A stretch of 64,000 bases of DNA from the human T2T-CHM13v2.0 reference genome, Homo sapiens, in assembly GCF_009914755.1 (NCBI RefSeq), contig NC_060926.1. One strand, 5' to 3'. This document shows positions 11,946 through 26,109 of this stretch, in pieces (the stretch's first letter is position 1; the number at the start of each line of letters is the position of its first letter). The position numbers were made by a program, and so were the translations under genes. The notes beneath the pieces were generated by a model. It made no database searches and was not told the origin of the DNA. It saw nothing but the letters and a program-made list of their open reading frames with translations.

Positions 11946-14324
11946 GGAGAAAGTGAGTAAATGGATTAGAAATGTGTAAAAACATAGCTTTTAATTTATT
12001 TTCATTTAAATTATAAAAATTTGAAAAGTGGTGGTCTAAGAGGTGGTTGGAGGAAATTTTTGGCTTAGCATGTTTGAACTGAAAATGGAACAGCTAGGTC
12101 AATATGTGAAGGAGATAAACATGCTGAAACTAAATTTCAAGAGAGAAATTAGGTATAGAGTTTTAATAGTAACAATATACCATATATATTTATACTTTAT
12201 TATTAGCACCAAAATTTTTACTTAGTGATACAATTCAAGACATGTATAAATCCCAATATTTATAAATAGTACTAAAACATATCATTTCCCCTTTAAAATT
12301 CAATAAAATATTGCATAAATTTCAAGCAACTCCTTAAGAATCTTAACCAGTCTATACAAGTAGGACTAGAGTCATTTCCATAATTATTGAAGTCAATCCT
12401 ACTTTGAATTTCAGCAACACTGAAGAAATATTGTAAAGCTCGGTAGCAAAATAAACTGTGCCTGAAGGATCAAAGGGATGATGGCAAGTGCTGTGAGCTG
12501 CTCGTCCATAAGCTGAGCTTCCGAATGAAGAAAATAGATGGTCTGTAGCACCGGAAGCGGTCAAGTTCCCAGATGACAAGGTCCTCACAGTGAGTTAAAT
12601 GGTGAGAAGAGGGGGAGGACAACTGGGAAGGAGGCTACCAAGGACCAGAGAGAGGGGCCTTGGAGAGACAGTGGTTCTTGCAGGGAAAATGTAAAGATTG
12701 GCCCCTGCTTTATTTCCTTTGCTACTTGCTACTCTTTTCTTGGTACAGAGCCAACGAGAGATCAATTTCTCTGTAGAAAAGAGTTCTTTTGTCGCTGAAT
12801 TTTTACTGTAGAAGATGCCAGGCTCCAGTGTCACACACTCAAGAGTTTTTCTAGATTAATGAATGTCTCAGGTTCCTTGGCCAAATGTTTTAACATTATC
12901 TCTCCTCTTTTTTAACCGGTACTGCTCAGACTTCTTCCATCTGTTCCTCTCTAGGACCCTCCGTCAACCCTGTCCCATCATCGACCAAGCCCGTAAACTC
13001 TCTTACTGTGCACACACAGTCCACTTGTTTCCATATTCCAAGGAAGGTAACTTCATCCACAGGGTTCTCAACAAGCTGTCAATCTTTGGGGGGTCTCCTT
13101 TACAGCAACTTCAATACTTATTATCCAGGCAGCAAAGTGGTGTTCCCACTTCAGCTGTGAATGGAATCTGTAGAGAAATCTCTATTCTTTTTATTCTCAG
13201 GAAAATTTTTTTAAACTTTGAATATTTATCTTTTCACCTTCATAACCCAAAAATATCATTTAAAATGTACTGCCAGAATCAGACACAATCTAACCTAGGG
13301 TTTCTACTCTTCAGAGTGTTACCCTGTGTTCAGAAAACTTGAACATTGCTCTGATTAGGTGGTTTTTCTTAACCCCTCAAAAACTGTATTTTTGTCATCT
13401 GTGAAGTGGGGATAACAGTGGTTGGCATAAAAGCCTTAGTTCTAATAATTGTTATTATGAATGTGCACATCTATTCAGCTCCAGGCTTTTAAATTGTTTA
13501 TTCTCCCTTTTAAATGGCATCTTGTTTTAAAAGTTAGTATCTTCTGTGTCTTTTATCATGTACTAATCTGTAAGTGATTCAGGTGCTCTTGAAAACTGCT
13601 TAGAAAAAGTTGTTTAAACAATTAAATGAATACATAGCTAATTCTTATTTAATGAAAGAATTCCATTCATTAGAATATGTCAATTGATTTATGTCGGCTA
13701 ATGTAGCTATTAGAAAATGCCATACAACTTTTGACTTCTGGGTACTCATTTGTTAGCCAGCTGTTTGGAACTCAGAACACATTTTCTCATTATGTGATTA
13801 TGTTGGTTGTTGGATTCTCAGGCAAGTTCATAAAAGTATATTTTAACCACAATGAGGTAGAAGCATACAATACCAATGCCACTATGGAATATAACAGCTA
13901 GAAACTAACAGAGATTGCTGAGTATCAATTAAGGTTGTATATTTGAAACATGCTGAGTATCCAAGAGTTTATATAGAAATTGTAAACATCATTTAAATAT
14001 CATTATTAAATATTATAAATAAAGCTTATTATATTTTCTAAAGAAAAAGAATACACTCTAGAAGAGAAGGTCGAATCCTGAACTCCAACTAAATCCCCAT
14101 TCCTTTTGCACCTGTGTTTGCCAAAGGAAAACAGTATAAAATAAGGTTAACAAAAAACTGCAGCTTGCAAAAGCAGGAGAAATCTGAGATATCCTGCAGC
14201 CTGTCCTCTCACGGATATGTGGATGTGAATGAAATGACCATACTCAACAGAGACAAAGTAAAGGAGAAAGAGTATGGGAATTTACAACCTTGATAATATG
14301 GGATTATGAATAGTTTATTTGCTA

Positions 14325-14524
14325 TGTCTTCTCTTCCTCCTATTCTTCTTTCCTTTCTCCTTTTCTTTCTCCTTTCTTCCCTTATGTTCTTCCTTCCACC
14401 TTCCCTCCCTCCCTTTCTAAATATATGCTTGGAGTGCTTCAGGTTGTTAACTTAAAATATATGTTACATGTTTTATATGTTTAATATATATATGTATATA
14501 TTATACACACACACACACACATAT
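14325..14524. repeat. CT-rich low-complexity tract followed by (TA)n(CA)n
   Basis: Direct inspection. Confidence 0.85.
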
Positions 14525-15390
14525 GGAAAGAAATCTTGGTTAGTACACTACTCTTTGAAGAGTTTATGTTCATGCCATCTGACCCTCACAGTAATTAAAA
14601 GAATAGGTGAGGCAGGCGAAAATCATCCTTTATATAAATTGGGAAACCAAAACCCCAAATGGTGAAATGATTCTTCCCAGATAACAACCTTGTCAAATAC
14701 CCCTTCCAGTTGTCATGAGAATTGGGGCTGAGGTCTCACAATTAAACTAGGTCTAAGGTAAAGCGAATGAGGAAATAGGCAAGGGATTATTTTCAAGTGG
14801 AAAACATGCTGGGTAGCATCAGTACATTAAACTTAGTAGGTTTGTTAATGGTTTTAGTAATTTCAGAGACAATGCAGATTTTAATATTCTATAGAATTTT
14901 TGCTGACAGTATTTTTAAAATTAAAATCAATAGGCAAAATGAGACACCCAAACACCCAATCTCTCTCATATTAATGACACCTGACTCTTCCCTATACTAC
15001 TCCACAAATATTTCTTAAGTTCCATATATACCGCCAAATAAGATGATTCCCTCATTTCCCAAATAAAAAATTCAAAAAGAGATAGATTTTGGGGGAATTT
15101 TGTATATATGCCTTTTAAGGATGTAGATGGAAGAGTCAAACGTTTACCTATTTTATTTAATAATTTTACTACATATATATTTTTAATGTTATATAAAATA
15201 AAATAAAAAACTAGAATTTTTCCACTTTCACATTTTCTTTTAAAATTGCCTTTAAACTCTCCAAGTGAATCTCAAGAGTGTCATCATTTGAGCCATTTTT
15301 TCAGTCATTTAGTTTAGCTTCTAGACTTTATCCTCTTGTAATTGTAACATAAGACTTTGTAAGACCTTAAATATAAAATGACTTCTCTTG

Positions 15391-15454
15391 TCTGCAGTAG
15401 AATTTTGGGGGAAATCCTTGCCTTTCTGTGGTAGAACTTTGGGGGAAATCCTTG
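15391..15454 (+). repeat. Two-copy 34-bp-period tandem repeat
   Basis: tctgcagtagaattttgggggaaatccttg (15391-15420) and tctgtggtagaactttgggggaaatccttg (15425-15454). Confidence 0.9.
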
Positions 15455-18034
15455 GGTCTGTATAACAGATGAAGAGCTTTGTGCTCTGTGACTCCAGGAC
15501 AGAGTATTTCCCCTTGGGTTAAACAGTCCAGTCTCTGACCGTCCCAGGGAATGGGGCTGCCTACATGCAACACTGGGAAAGCTGGAGAACTTCAGGTCAG
15601 GATGGAAAGCTGTCAATGAGATGAGGTATCAACCTGCAGATACATATTCGAGACATCGCTTTACAAGGCCAGAAACCAGGCCTTGCTTCAGTATATGGCC
15701 ATGGTTCCCTTGCTAGCTGCTTTCTGGCAGTGGTGATAAGATTCCACAGAGTATCTGCTTGAAATGTTACACATTTATTCATCATCATCATTTCAGAACC
15801 TTTTTTCAGAGCAGTTGACATTTAGACCTCTGAATGAGGATTATTTTGGAATGGGCCATGTATGGGGAAAAATGTGGATGATGATGGCTGTTCCAGAGAT
15901 GGCAGAAATGAAGATCTCAGATTGGAAACTAATTTTAGTCATGCTGCACATGCTCATCCCCTGTCACGCTCCTCTATATCTCGCCTCTCACCGAATGGTC
16001 TGCTCATGCTGCAGGCAGTGCCCGATAGCATTTATGGGCATCTTCATGATGCTCTTCCCAAAATGTTTTGTAAAAACTTAGCATTGCTCTTTGATACCAA
16101 TGACTTATGAGAACGACTTGTATCATTCCATTGCCCAAAGAGCATCGACAGATGTCAGGATACTGAAATAGCTGCAGAAGCCGCTGCCAGCACACATTTT
16201 GCAAGCAAAATTTGCAGGGTGGCAGATTACAATGACAGAACTTTGGGGAGGAGTATTCATCACAAGATGGAATCAAGTGGTTCACACGTTGGCATTTTCC
16301 CAGTTGGTGATTGTTAGTAAATTCAGAGGCATCCTACCAGGCAGATTGCCTCTGCCCAAAGACAGCCTGAATCACCGACACAATAGCATTCTGACGGGAG
16401 TGTATTAGGGCAGGACCCACTCATATTTCATATACATGTCTTCTCCTGATGTTTCATATTGCTATTCAATTTTCATGAGTTTATATCTTATCTCCTAATT
16501 GGTTTATGATTGGAAATCTAGGACTTGTTTGGGCCACCATTGGAAAGACAGGAGCTTAATGTGGAAATGAGATTCTTGTCCAACAGGTTGAAGATTCTTG
16601 ACAGGAATCAGAGATAACTGACAAAAGGGGTGGAGATGGGGCCTGCTGGGAGATGTTACTGCTTGAGGAAGATTGTTCTGTACCCTTTGGAATACAAGAA
16701 AAGATATGGAAAGGATTTCCTTGGGCTTTTATTAGCATTAACCATTCCTTTCTCTGCTTTCTTGCTCATGTATTCTGCTAACACTTATTAAGCATACACT
16801 CTGTGCTAGAAACTTGAATAAGGACTTCTTTGTAGCCCTTATTTTCTCTCCAACTCCTTTAATGTTTTATTTAATACAATATTTAAGAGCACAGTATTTT
16901 TGCATCACACAAACCTTTTGATGTATCACACAATAAGACCACTTATTGACAATATCAACTCAAACAGATGACTGAATCTTTCTGAGACTCTGTTTTCCAA
17001 AAAATGGAGATCAGAATATTTCCTACCTCATGGGATTGTTGTGAGACCAAATCAAATAGTGATTATAACATATTTTAGGTCCAATTGCTGATAAATTGTA
17101 AGCAATTGCTATCATTATTTAGTGCAAGTTTTTTTATTGGACTGAAACTTTTGGATGTCAAAAATGGTAGAATATTGATAACTTCACATGGATCAACTTA
17201 ATATATGCTTTGTTTTCTAGATGGGTTTATGTTGGTTGTCATCATAAATCTTCTTTATAGTGTAAATGAGAAAAGAACCATGGTGTCCAAAGACTGGAAC
17301 CAAGCCTCCACATTATAAGTTTATGAAAGCCAGGATTATACTTTGTGTAATTGAGCACTAAACTTGAGGCTCTCTACATAGAAGATGGTAAATGAATATT
17401 AGAATAATGAATTCATATGTTTGAGATATTTGGACTTTAGGAAATAGGCAACTATTTTTAATCACTTGATTTTCATTGGCCATAAAATTTCATTTCTGAT
17501 ACCTAAGAGCAAGTTGACACAATCACTTTAAAAACATGAATAGTAAATATTTATGAGCTGGCCTGGTTGAGTTTGGGAACTAGATCTGTCATATACAAAC
17601 CATCTGACTTCAAATCAGTGATTCTTGATGAAAAACAAGGCTGTGAAAATCATAACATGACAATGGTTAAGGGTGAGGGTTTCATTTATATCTCTGCCTC
17701 TCTTCAAAAGATGAAAAGATATCTCAGATTAGAAATAAAAGGAGCTAGAAGGTACAAAGCTCTCTTTCCAGTTAGGGATGAGAGCACCATCAGAAGTGAA
17801 AGGAAGCTTGGGATCCCCATACTTCAACCCATACACTAAGCAGCATTACTACCAGGTCTGAAAACCACCCTTAATTGTAGATGTGACTCTGCTCCCTGGT
17901 TTTGGTCCAGAAAAGATAGTGACGTGATAGTCGTTTTGGTGCATGATCATTGGATGGGCTCTCTGGCAAAGTCTACTGAAAACCAAACTTGATTGCTGTA
18001 AATTTGAATGTAAAACATAAATTAGGAGAACGTT

Positions 18035-18280
18035 TGCAAATCTATAGAGACCAAAAGTAGATTGGAGGTTGCCAGCGGGATGCTGGAGGGGGAGGTGGGA
18101 CAGGGGTTGATTGCTAAGTGGTATGAGGTTTCTTTTTGTAGTAATGAAAATGTTCTAAAATTGACTATGATGATGGTTGCACAACCCTGGAAATATACTA
18201 AAAGTCATCAAATTATACATTTTAATGGTGTGTTGTAGGGTGTGCAAATTATTTCTCAATTAAGATTTTAAAAATAACAG
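18035..18280 (+). mobile_element. L1M (L1MB/ME-type) 3' end
   Basis: aaatctatagagac...gttgccag...gaaaatgttctaaaattgac...tggttgcacaac...aatatactaaaa pattern. Confidence 0.75.
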
Positions 18281-19349
18281 AAGAAAAAATTCATTTTGAA
18301 AACCTTTAATCCTTCCATGAATATATATAACTTCTTTAAGCACTTCGATGTGTAATATTCCAGACTTTTTCCTGTGCTTTGGGAGCTGTTTAGTCAACTA
18401 CTTTTTAAACTTACCGATATAACCCAAATATCTTTTTATGCCAATGTACATTTATGTAATCTTTATTAAACTGTTGTATAACATTCCAGTTATTTGCATA
18501 TCCCTAGACTTGCTTAGTGAATCTCTTATTGTTAAATATTCAAATTGCTTCTTTTTATTATTAAAATACTCCTTTGTATCTACAAGAAGAAAAATTAGCA
18601 GGGAGAATCCCTGAAAAACGGACTGAATTAACTAAAAACACTGTCAGTGGCGCAAGAGTTGACCTTCTCCTTCCATTAAAATAAAGGTTTGCACTGTGTA
18701 AATAGTCTGTTTGACACATAAACACCTACTGTGTCCCAGGTTCTGCACTTTGTGCTGGGGATTCTACAAATGACAGAAATTATCTATCCTTAGTTCAGGC
18801 CTGAATTATCACTTCATGGGCAATATTCCTAACTCTTTTTAGGTAATAATTCCAGATAATACTGTATCATAAACTAGACAGTGAATTTTCTAAGGTGTAT
18901 TTTACTGTCATAACCTAAGCACAGAATCCAAGAATATTAGTGCTGACAGATCATTTATTGAAGCCCTGCATCCTTTTGTTGTCAATGAAAAACCTTAGGC
19001 CTGAAGATGTTTAATAACTTTTCCCAGGCGACATAGTCAGAATCTAACAGAACTAAGATTTGAACCCAACTCTCGGTGAGTCCACAGCATTTCCACCATA
19101 CCACACTAGCATCCAACAGCAAATCTCTCTGTAACACCTTCCTTGCATCTGCCCCACTCCAAAACCCCTTCCCAACCAGCTTGTGGTGTGAGCTCAGCGG
19201 AAAAAAATTCTCATTTTTCCACTAGTTATAATTAGGAGTTTTAAGAAATCAATTAACACTAAGGAGTGAATGAGAGTAGGTTTAATCCTCCAAGGAACAT
19301 GTGTGTTTTAAAAGACAGGAAGTCCATAATAATAACTATTTTTGCATAT

Positions 19350-19535
19350 TTGTAGCTCTTTGCCTTTTACAAGCCATTTCATATTGGAGTTGCACGATAG
19401 TAGGATATTAACTGTACAGATGGAGACACTAAGTCTCACGGTGAGACTTCTTTTCCCTAGAGAGAACCAGTAAGTGGCAAAGCTGGGATAGACACCCAGA
19501 TCTTTGGTCATAAATCTGGAGATCTTTCCAATAAT
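19350..19535. mobile_element. MIR remnant
   Basis: tacagatggagacactaagtctca...taagtggcaaagctgggatagacacccagatct. Confidence 0.6.
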
Positions 19536-21082
19536 AAATTATCCAATTAAATGGATGGGATGCCTGTCAGGGTATTTTTGGTAAGTGTAAATTATCCCTT
19601 CCTCCTTCCAGAATAGGAGTCAACCAGTTGGCTCTTCTGCCAATTTGCTGCCCCTGTCACCACCACTGTGAAGCTGAAGAATCTGGGCTCCTGTGACTGC
19701 TGTCTTACATGTTCCCTCATTTCCAAGGGGATGGGCTCTTTATAAACTCCATAAATGAATACAAGAGGCGTTGTCCCCTTTTAGCTTATTAAAACCCAGT
19801 TTTAGAAAAGGCCAGGTCAAAAGATTAAAGGGAAATAGATATGAAATGTTAGAAAATGGAAGCAAGCCCTTCTAATCCCCTCCACATTCTTCCCCACGAC
19901 CCTGTCCCCCACTTGCTACCCAGGGAAGGATCACACCCTTTCGATCACAGCAAATCAGCCACCCTGACACGTCCTGAGATCTGCTTCTCCTTCCAGCCTT
20001 TCAGCACCCAATATTGGACACACATTCCTTTAGAGCCTGTGGCGGCCGCTGCCTCGTGCGACAAGTGGCCGCGCATTGCAGATGCACACCACAGTCCACC
20101 AAGCGTGGTGGAACGGGTTATCTCAGATCAAATTCCTGCGGCAGCCACTTCCTCTCCTTATCTGGGAATCGGGGATTTTTATGAGGGGGGGTGGATGTAA
20201 GCCCTTCCAGTGCACCAGCTGTCCTAATAAGCATGACTTCTTGGCAATGCAATCTGAGAGTGAGCTCTAATGTGTGCTAAGGGGGTATGCTTCCAAAGAG
20301 GAAGACTTGACAAGCAGAAACCCACTCAGTCATGCATTCGTTCACCCACAAAGGCCTATTCGATGCCCATATTTGCCAGACCTGGACTGGCACATTGGAG
20401 ACCATGAGTGAGGCCTGATCTTTGCCCTGAAGGAAAGCAAGATGAACTATGTGAAGAATGTACAGAGTGCTGTGGGAATGAGCTATCCAACTCTAAGAAG
20501 AGCCAGGGATTACCAGGGTTGACTCGAAAGAGGGCTGACACTCAGCAGGTGAATGATTTGTCCCATGGCCCTCCATGAATGGGTTATGCAGCCAAGATTA
20601 GAACCCCGAGCTGATTCCCATACTCCCCACTGTCCGAACTCCCCACTATCCCCACTGTGAGTCTGAAGGATGAGGAACAAATCACAAAGAGAGATTTTCA
20701 CAGGGTTCTTATTCACAGATTGCTTCTGTCATTTTTTTTCCATCAGTTATTGGGGTACAGGTGGTATTTGGTTACATGAGTAACTTCTTTAGTGGTGATT
20801 TGTGAGATTTTGGTGTACCCATCACCTGAGCAGTATACACTGCACCATATTTGTGGTCTTTTATCCCCTACCCCCGTCCCACTCTTTCCCCCACGTCCCC
20901 AAAGTCCATTGTGTCATTCTTATGCCTTTGCGTCCTCATAGCTTAGCTCCCACATAACAATGAGATCATCCGATGTTTGGTTTTCCATTCCTGAGTTACT
21001 TCACTTAGAATAATAGTCTCCAATCTCATCCAGGTCAGTGCAAATGCTGTTAATTCATTCCTTTTTATGGCTACATAGTATT

Positions 21083-21087
<5 letters not shown>

Positions 21088-21119
<32 letters not shown>
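21088..21119. repeat. (TA)n microsatellite inside the L1 3' region
   Basis: Direct inspection. Confidence 0.95.
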
Positions 21120-21122
<3 letters not shown>

Positions 21123-24100
21123 ACAGTTTCTTTATCACTCGTTGATTGATGGACATTTGGGTTGGTTCCACAATTTTGCAGTTGTGAATGTGCCGCTATA
21201 AACATGCATGTGCCAGTATCTTTTTCTAATAATGACTTCTTTTCCTCTGGGTAGATACCCAGTAGTGGGATTGCTGGATCAAATGGTAGACCTACTTTTA
21301 GTTCTTTAAGGAATCTCCACACTGTTTTCCCTAGTGACTGTACTAGTTTACATTTCCACCAGCAGTGTAGAAGTGTTCCCTGTTCACTACATCCATGCCA
21401 ACATCTATTGTTTTTTTTTATTATTATTATTACGGCCATTCTTGCAGGAGTAAGATAGTATCACATTGTGGTTTTGATTTGCATTCCCTGATCATTAGTG
21501 ATGTTGAGCATTTTTTATGTTTGTTGGCCATTTGTGTATCTTCTTTTCAGAATAGTCTATTCATGTCCTTAGTCCACTTTTCGATGGGGTTGTTTGTTTA
21601 TTTCTTACTGTTTGTTTGAGTTCATTGTAGATTCTGGATATTAATCCTTTGTCAGATGTATAGATGAAGATTTTCTCCCACTCTGTGGGTTGTCTATTTA
21701 CTCTGCTGACTGTTCCTTTTGCTATGCAAAAGCAATTAATTAATTAATTAATTAATTAGGTCCCAGCTTTTTATCTTTGTTTTTATTGTACTTGCTTTTG
21801 TGTTCTTGGTCATGAAATCCTTGCCTAAGCCAATGTCTAGAAAGGTTTTTCCAATGCTATCTTCTAGAATTTTTATAGTTTCAGATTTTAGGTTTAAGTC
21901 CTTAATCCGTCTTCAGTTGATTTTTGTATAATGTAAGAGATGAGGATCCAGTTTCATTCTCCTACATGTGGCTAGCCAATTATCCTAGCACTATTTGTTG
22001 AAAAGGGTGTCCTTTCTCCACTTTACGTTTTTGTTTGCTTTGTCAAGGATCAGTTGGCTATAAGCATTTCGGTTTATTTCTGGGTTCTCTATTATGTTCC
22101 ATTGATCTATGTGCCTATTTTTATACCAGTACCATGCTGTTTTGGTGACTATGGCCTAATAGTATAATTTGAAATCAGGTAGTGTGATGCCTCCAGATTT
22201 GTTCTTTTTGGTTAGTATTGCTTTGGCTATGCAGGCTCTTTTTTGGTTCCGTATGAATTTCAGAATGTTTTTTTCTAATTCTGTGAAGAATTATGGTGGT
22301 ATTTGGATGGGGATTGTGTTGAATTTGTAGACTGCTTTTGGCAGTATGGTCATTTTCACAATATTGATTCTACCCATCCATGAGCATGGGATGTGTTTCC
22401 ATTTGTTCGTGTCATCTATGATTTCTTTCAGCAGTGTTTCACAGTTTTCCTCATAGAGGTATTTCAACTCCTTGGTTAGGTATATTCCTAAGTATTTTAT
22501 TTATTTTTTTGCAGCTATTGTAAAAGGGTTTGATTCTTTGCTTTGTCGCTGTTGGTGTACAGAGGAGCTACTGATTTGCGTACATCTTGTATCTGGAAAC
22601 TTTGCTGAATTATTTTATCAATTCTAGGAGCTTTCTGGAGGAGTCCTTAGGGTTTCCAAGGTAAATGATCACGTCGTCAGCAAACAGTGACAGTTTAACT
22701 TCCTCTTTACGGATTTGGATGCCCTTTGTTTCTTTCTCTTGTCTGACTGCTCTGGCTAAGACTTCCAGTACTAAGTTGAAGAGGAGTGGTAAGAGTGGGC
22801 ATCCTTGTCTTGTTCCAGTTCTCAGAGGGAATGCTTTCAACTTTTATTCATTCAGTATTATGTTGGCTGTGAGTTTGTCATAGATGTCTTTTATTACCTT
22901 AAGATATGTCCCTTGTATGCCAATTTTGCAGAGAGTTTTAATCGTAAAGGGATGCTGGATTTTGCCTAATGCTTTTTCTGCATCTATGGAGATGATCGTG
23001 TGGTTTTTGTTTTAATTCTGTTTGTGTGATGTATCACATTTACTGACTTGTGTATATTAAACCATCCCCGCATCTCTTGTATGAAACCCACTTGATCATG
23101 GTGGATTATCTTTTTCATATGTTGTTGGATTTGGCTAGCTAGTATGTTGTCAAGGATTTTAGCATCTGTGTTCATCAAGGATATCAGTCTGTAGTTTTCT
23201 TTTTTGGTTATGTCCTTTCCTGGTTTTGGTATTAGGGTGATGCTGGCTTCATAGAATGAATTAGGGAGGGTTCCTTCTTTCTCTATCTTGTGGAATAGTT
23301 TCAAAAGGATGGGTACCAATTCTTTGAATGTCTGGTAGAATTCTGCTGTGAATCTGGTCCTGGACTTTTTTTGTCAGTAATTTTATTGGTCTGTTCAGGG
23401 TATCTAATTCTTCCTGATTTAAGCTAGGAGGGTTGTATTTTTACAGGAATTTATCCATCCCTTCTAGGTTTTCTAGTTTATGTGCATAATGGTGTTCATA
23501 GTAGCCTTGAATGATCTTTTGTATTTCAGTGGTATCAGTTGTAATATCCTCTGTCTCGTTTCTTAGTGAGGTTTTTGGATTTTCTCTCTTCTTTTCTTGG
23601 TTAATCTTGCTAATGGTCTATCAATTTTATTTATCTTTTCAAAGAACCGGCTTTTTGTTTCATTTATGATTTGTATTTTTTTTGTTTTGTTTCAATTTCA
23701 TTTAGTGCTGCTCTGATCTTGTTTATTTCCCTTCTTCTGCTGGATTTGGGTTTGGTTTGTCCTTGTTTCTCTAGTTTCTCTAGTTTCTTGAGGTGTGACC
23801 TTAGAATGTCAGTTTGTGCTCTTTCAGTCTTTTTGTTATAAGCATTTAGGGCTGTGAACTTTCCTCTTAGCACTGCCTTTGCTGTATCCCAGAGGTTTTG
23901 ATAGGTTGTGTCACTATTGTCACACAGTTTGAAGAATTTTTTAATTTCCATCTTGATTTTGTTTTTGACCCAATGCTCATTCAGGATCAGGTTACTTAAT
24001 TTCCATGTATTTGCATGGTTTTGAAGGTTCCTTTTGGAGTTGATTTCCAGTTTTATTCCACTGTGATCTGAGAGCATGCTTGATATAATTTCAATTTTCT

Positions 24101-24731
24101 TAAATTTATTGAGGCTCATTTTATGGCCTATCATATGGTCTATCTTGGAGAAAGTTCCATGCACTGTTGAATAGAATGTGTATTCTGCAGTTGTTGGATG
24201 AAATGTTCTGTATATATCTGTTAAGTCTATTTGCTCCAAGGTATAGTTTGAACCCATTGTTTCTTTGTTGACTTTCTGTCTTTATATCCTGCCTAGTGTT
24301 GTCAGTGGAGTATTAAAGTCCCCCAATATTATTGTGTTGCTGTCTGTCTCATTTCTTAGGTCTATTAGTAATTGTTTTATAAATTTGGGAGCTCCAGTGT
24401 TAGGTGCATATATGTTTGGGGTTGTGATATTTTCCTGTTGGACTAGTCCCTTTACCATTATATAATGTCCCTCTGTCTTTTTTAACTGCTGATGCTTTAA
24501 AGTTTGTTTTGTCTGATATAAGAATAGCTACCCCTGCTCCCTTTTGGTGTCTATTTGCATGAAATGCTTTTCCACCCTTTTACTTTAAGTTTAGGTGAGT
24601 TCTTATGTGTTAGGTGAGTCTCCTGAAGGCAGCAGATGGTTGGTTGATGAGTTCTTACCCATTCTGCAGTTCTGTATCTTTTAACTGGAGCATTGAGGCC
24701 ATTTACATTCAATGTCAGTATTGAATTGTGA

Positions 24732-25163
<432 letters not shown>

Positions 25164-25731
25164 TAAAGAGGTACTGTTTTGATGTGTTTCCAAGAGTTGT
25201 TTCAAGATTTAGAACTCCTTTTAGCAGTTCTTGTAGTGGTGGCTTTGTAATGGCAAATTCTCCCAGCATTTGTTTGTCTGAAAAAAACTGTATTTTTCCT
25301 TTATATATGATGCTTAGTTTAACTGAATATCAAATTCTTGGCTGATGATTGTTTTGTTTGAGGAGGCTGAAGACAGGGCCCCAATCCCTTCTAGCTTGCA
25401 GGATTTCTGCTAAGAAATCTGCTGTTGATCTGATAGGTTTTCCCTTATTGGTTACCTGGTGCTTCTGTCTCACAGCTCTTAAGATTCTTTCCTTCGTCTT
25501 AACTTTGGATAACCTGATGACAATGTGCCTAGGCAAAGATCTTTTTGTGATGAATTTCCCAGGTGTTCTTTGTGCATCTTGTATTTGGATGTCTAGGACT
25601 CTATGAGGCCAAGGAAGTTTTCCTCAATTATTCCCCCGAATATGTTTTCCAAGCTTTTAGAATTATCTTCTGCCTTAGGAACACCGATTATTCTTAGGTT
25701 TGGCCATTTAACATAATCCTAGACTTCTTGA

Positions 25732-26109
<378 letters not shown>

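Noticed and set aside
12863-13342. 159-aa ORF with a hydrophobic N-terminus
   Set aside because: No family resemblance; composition is typical of chance ORFs in T-rich DNA.
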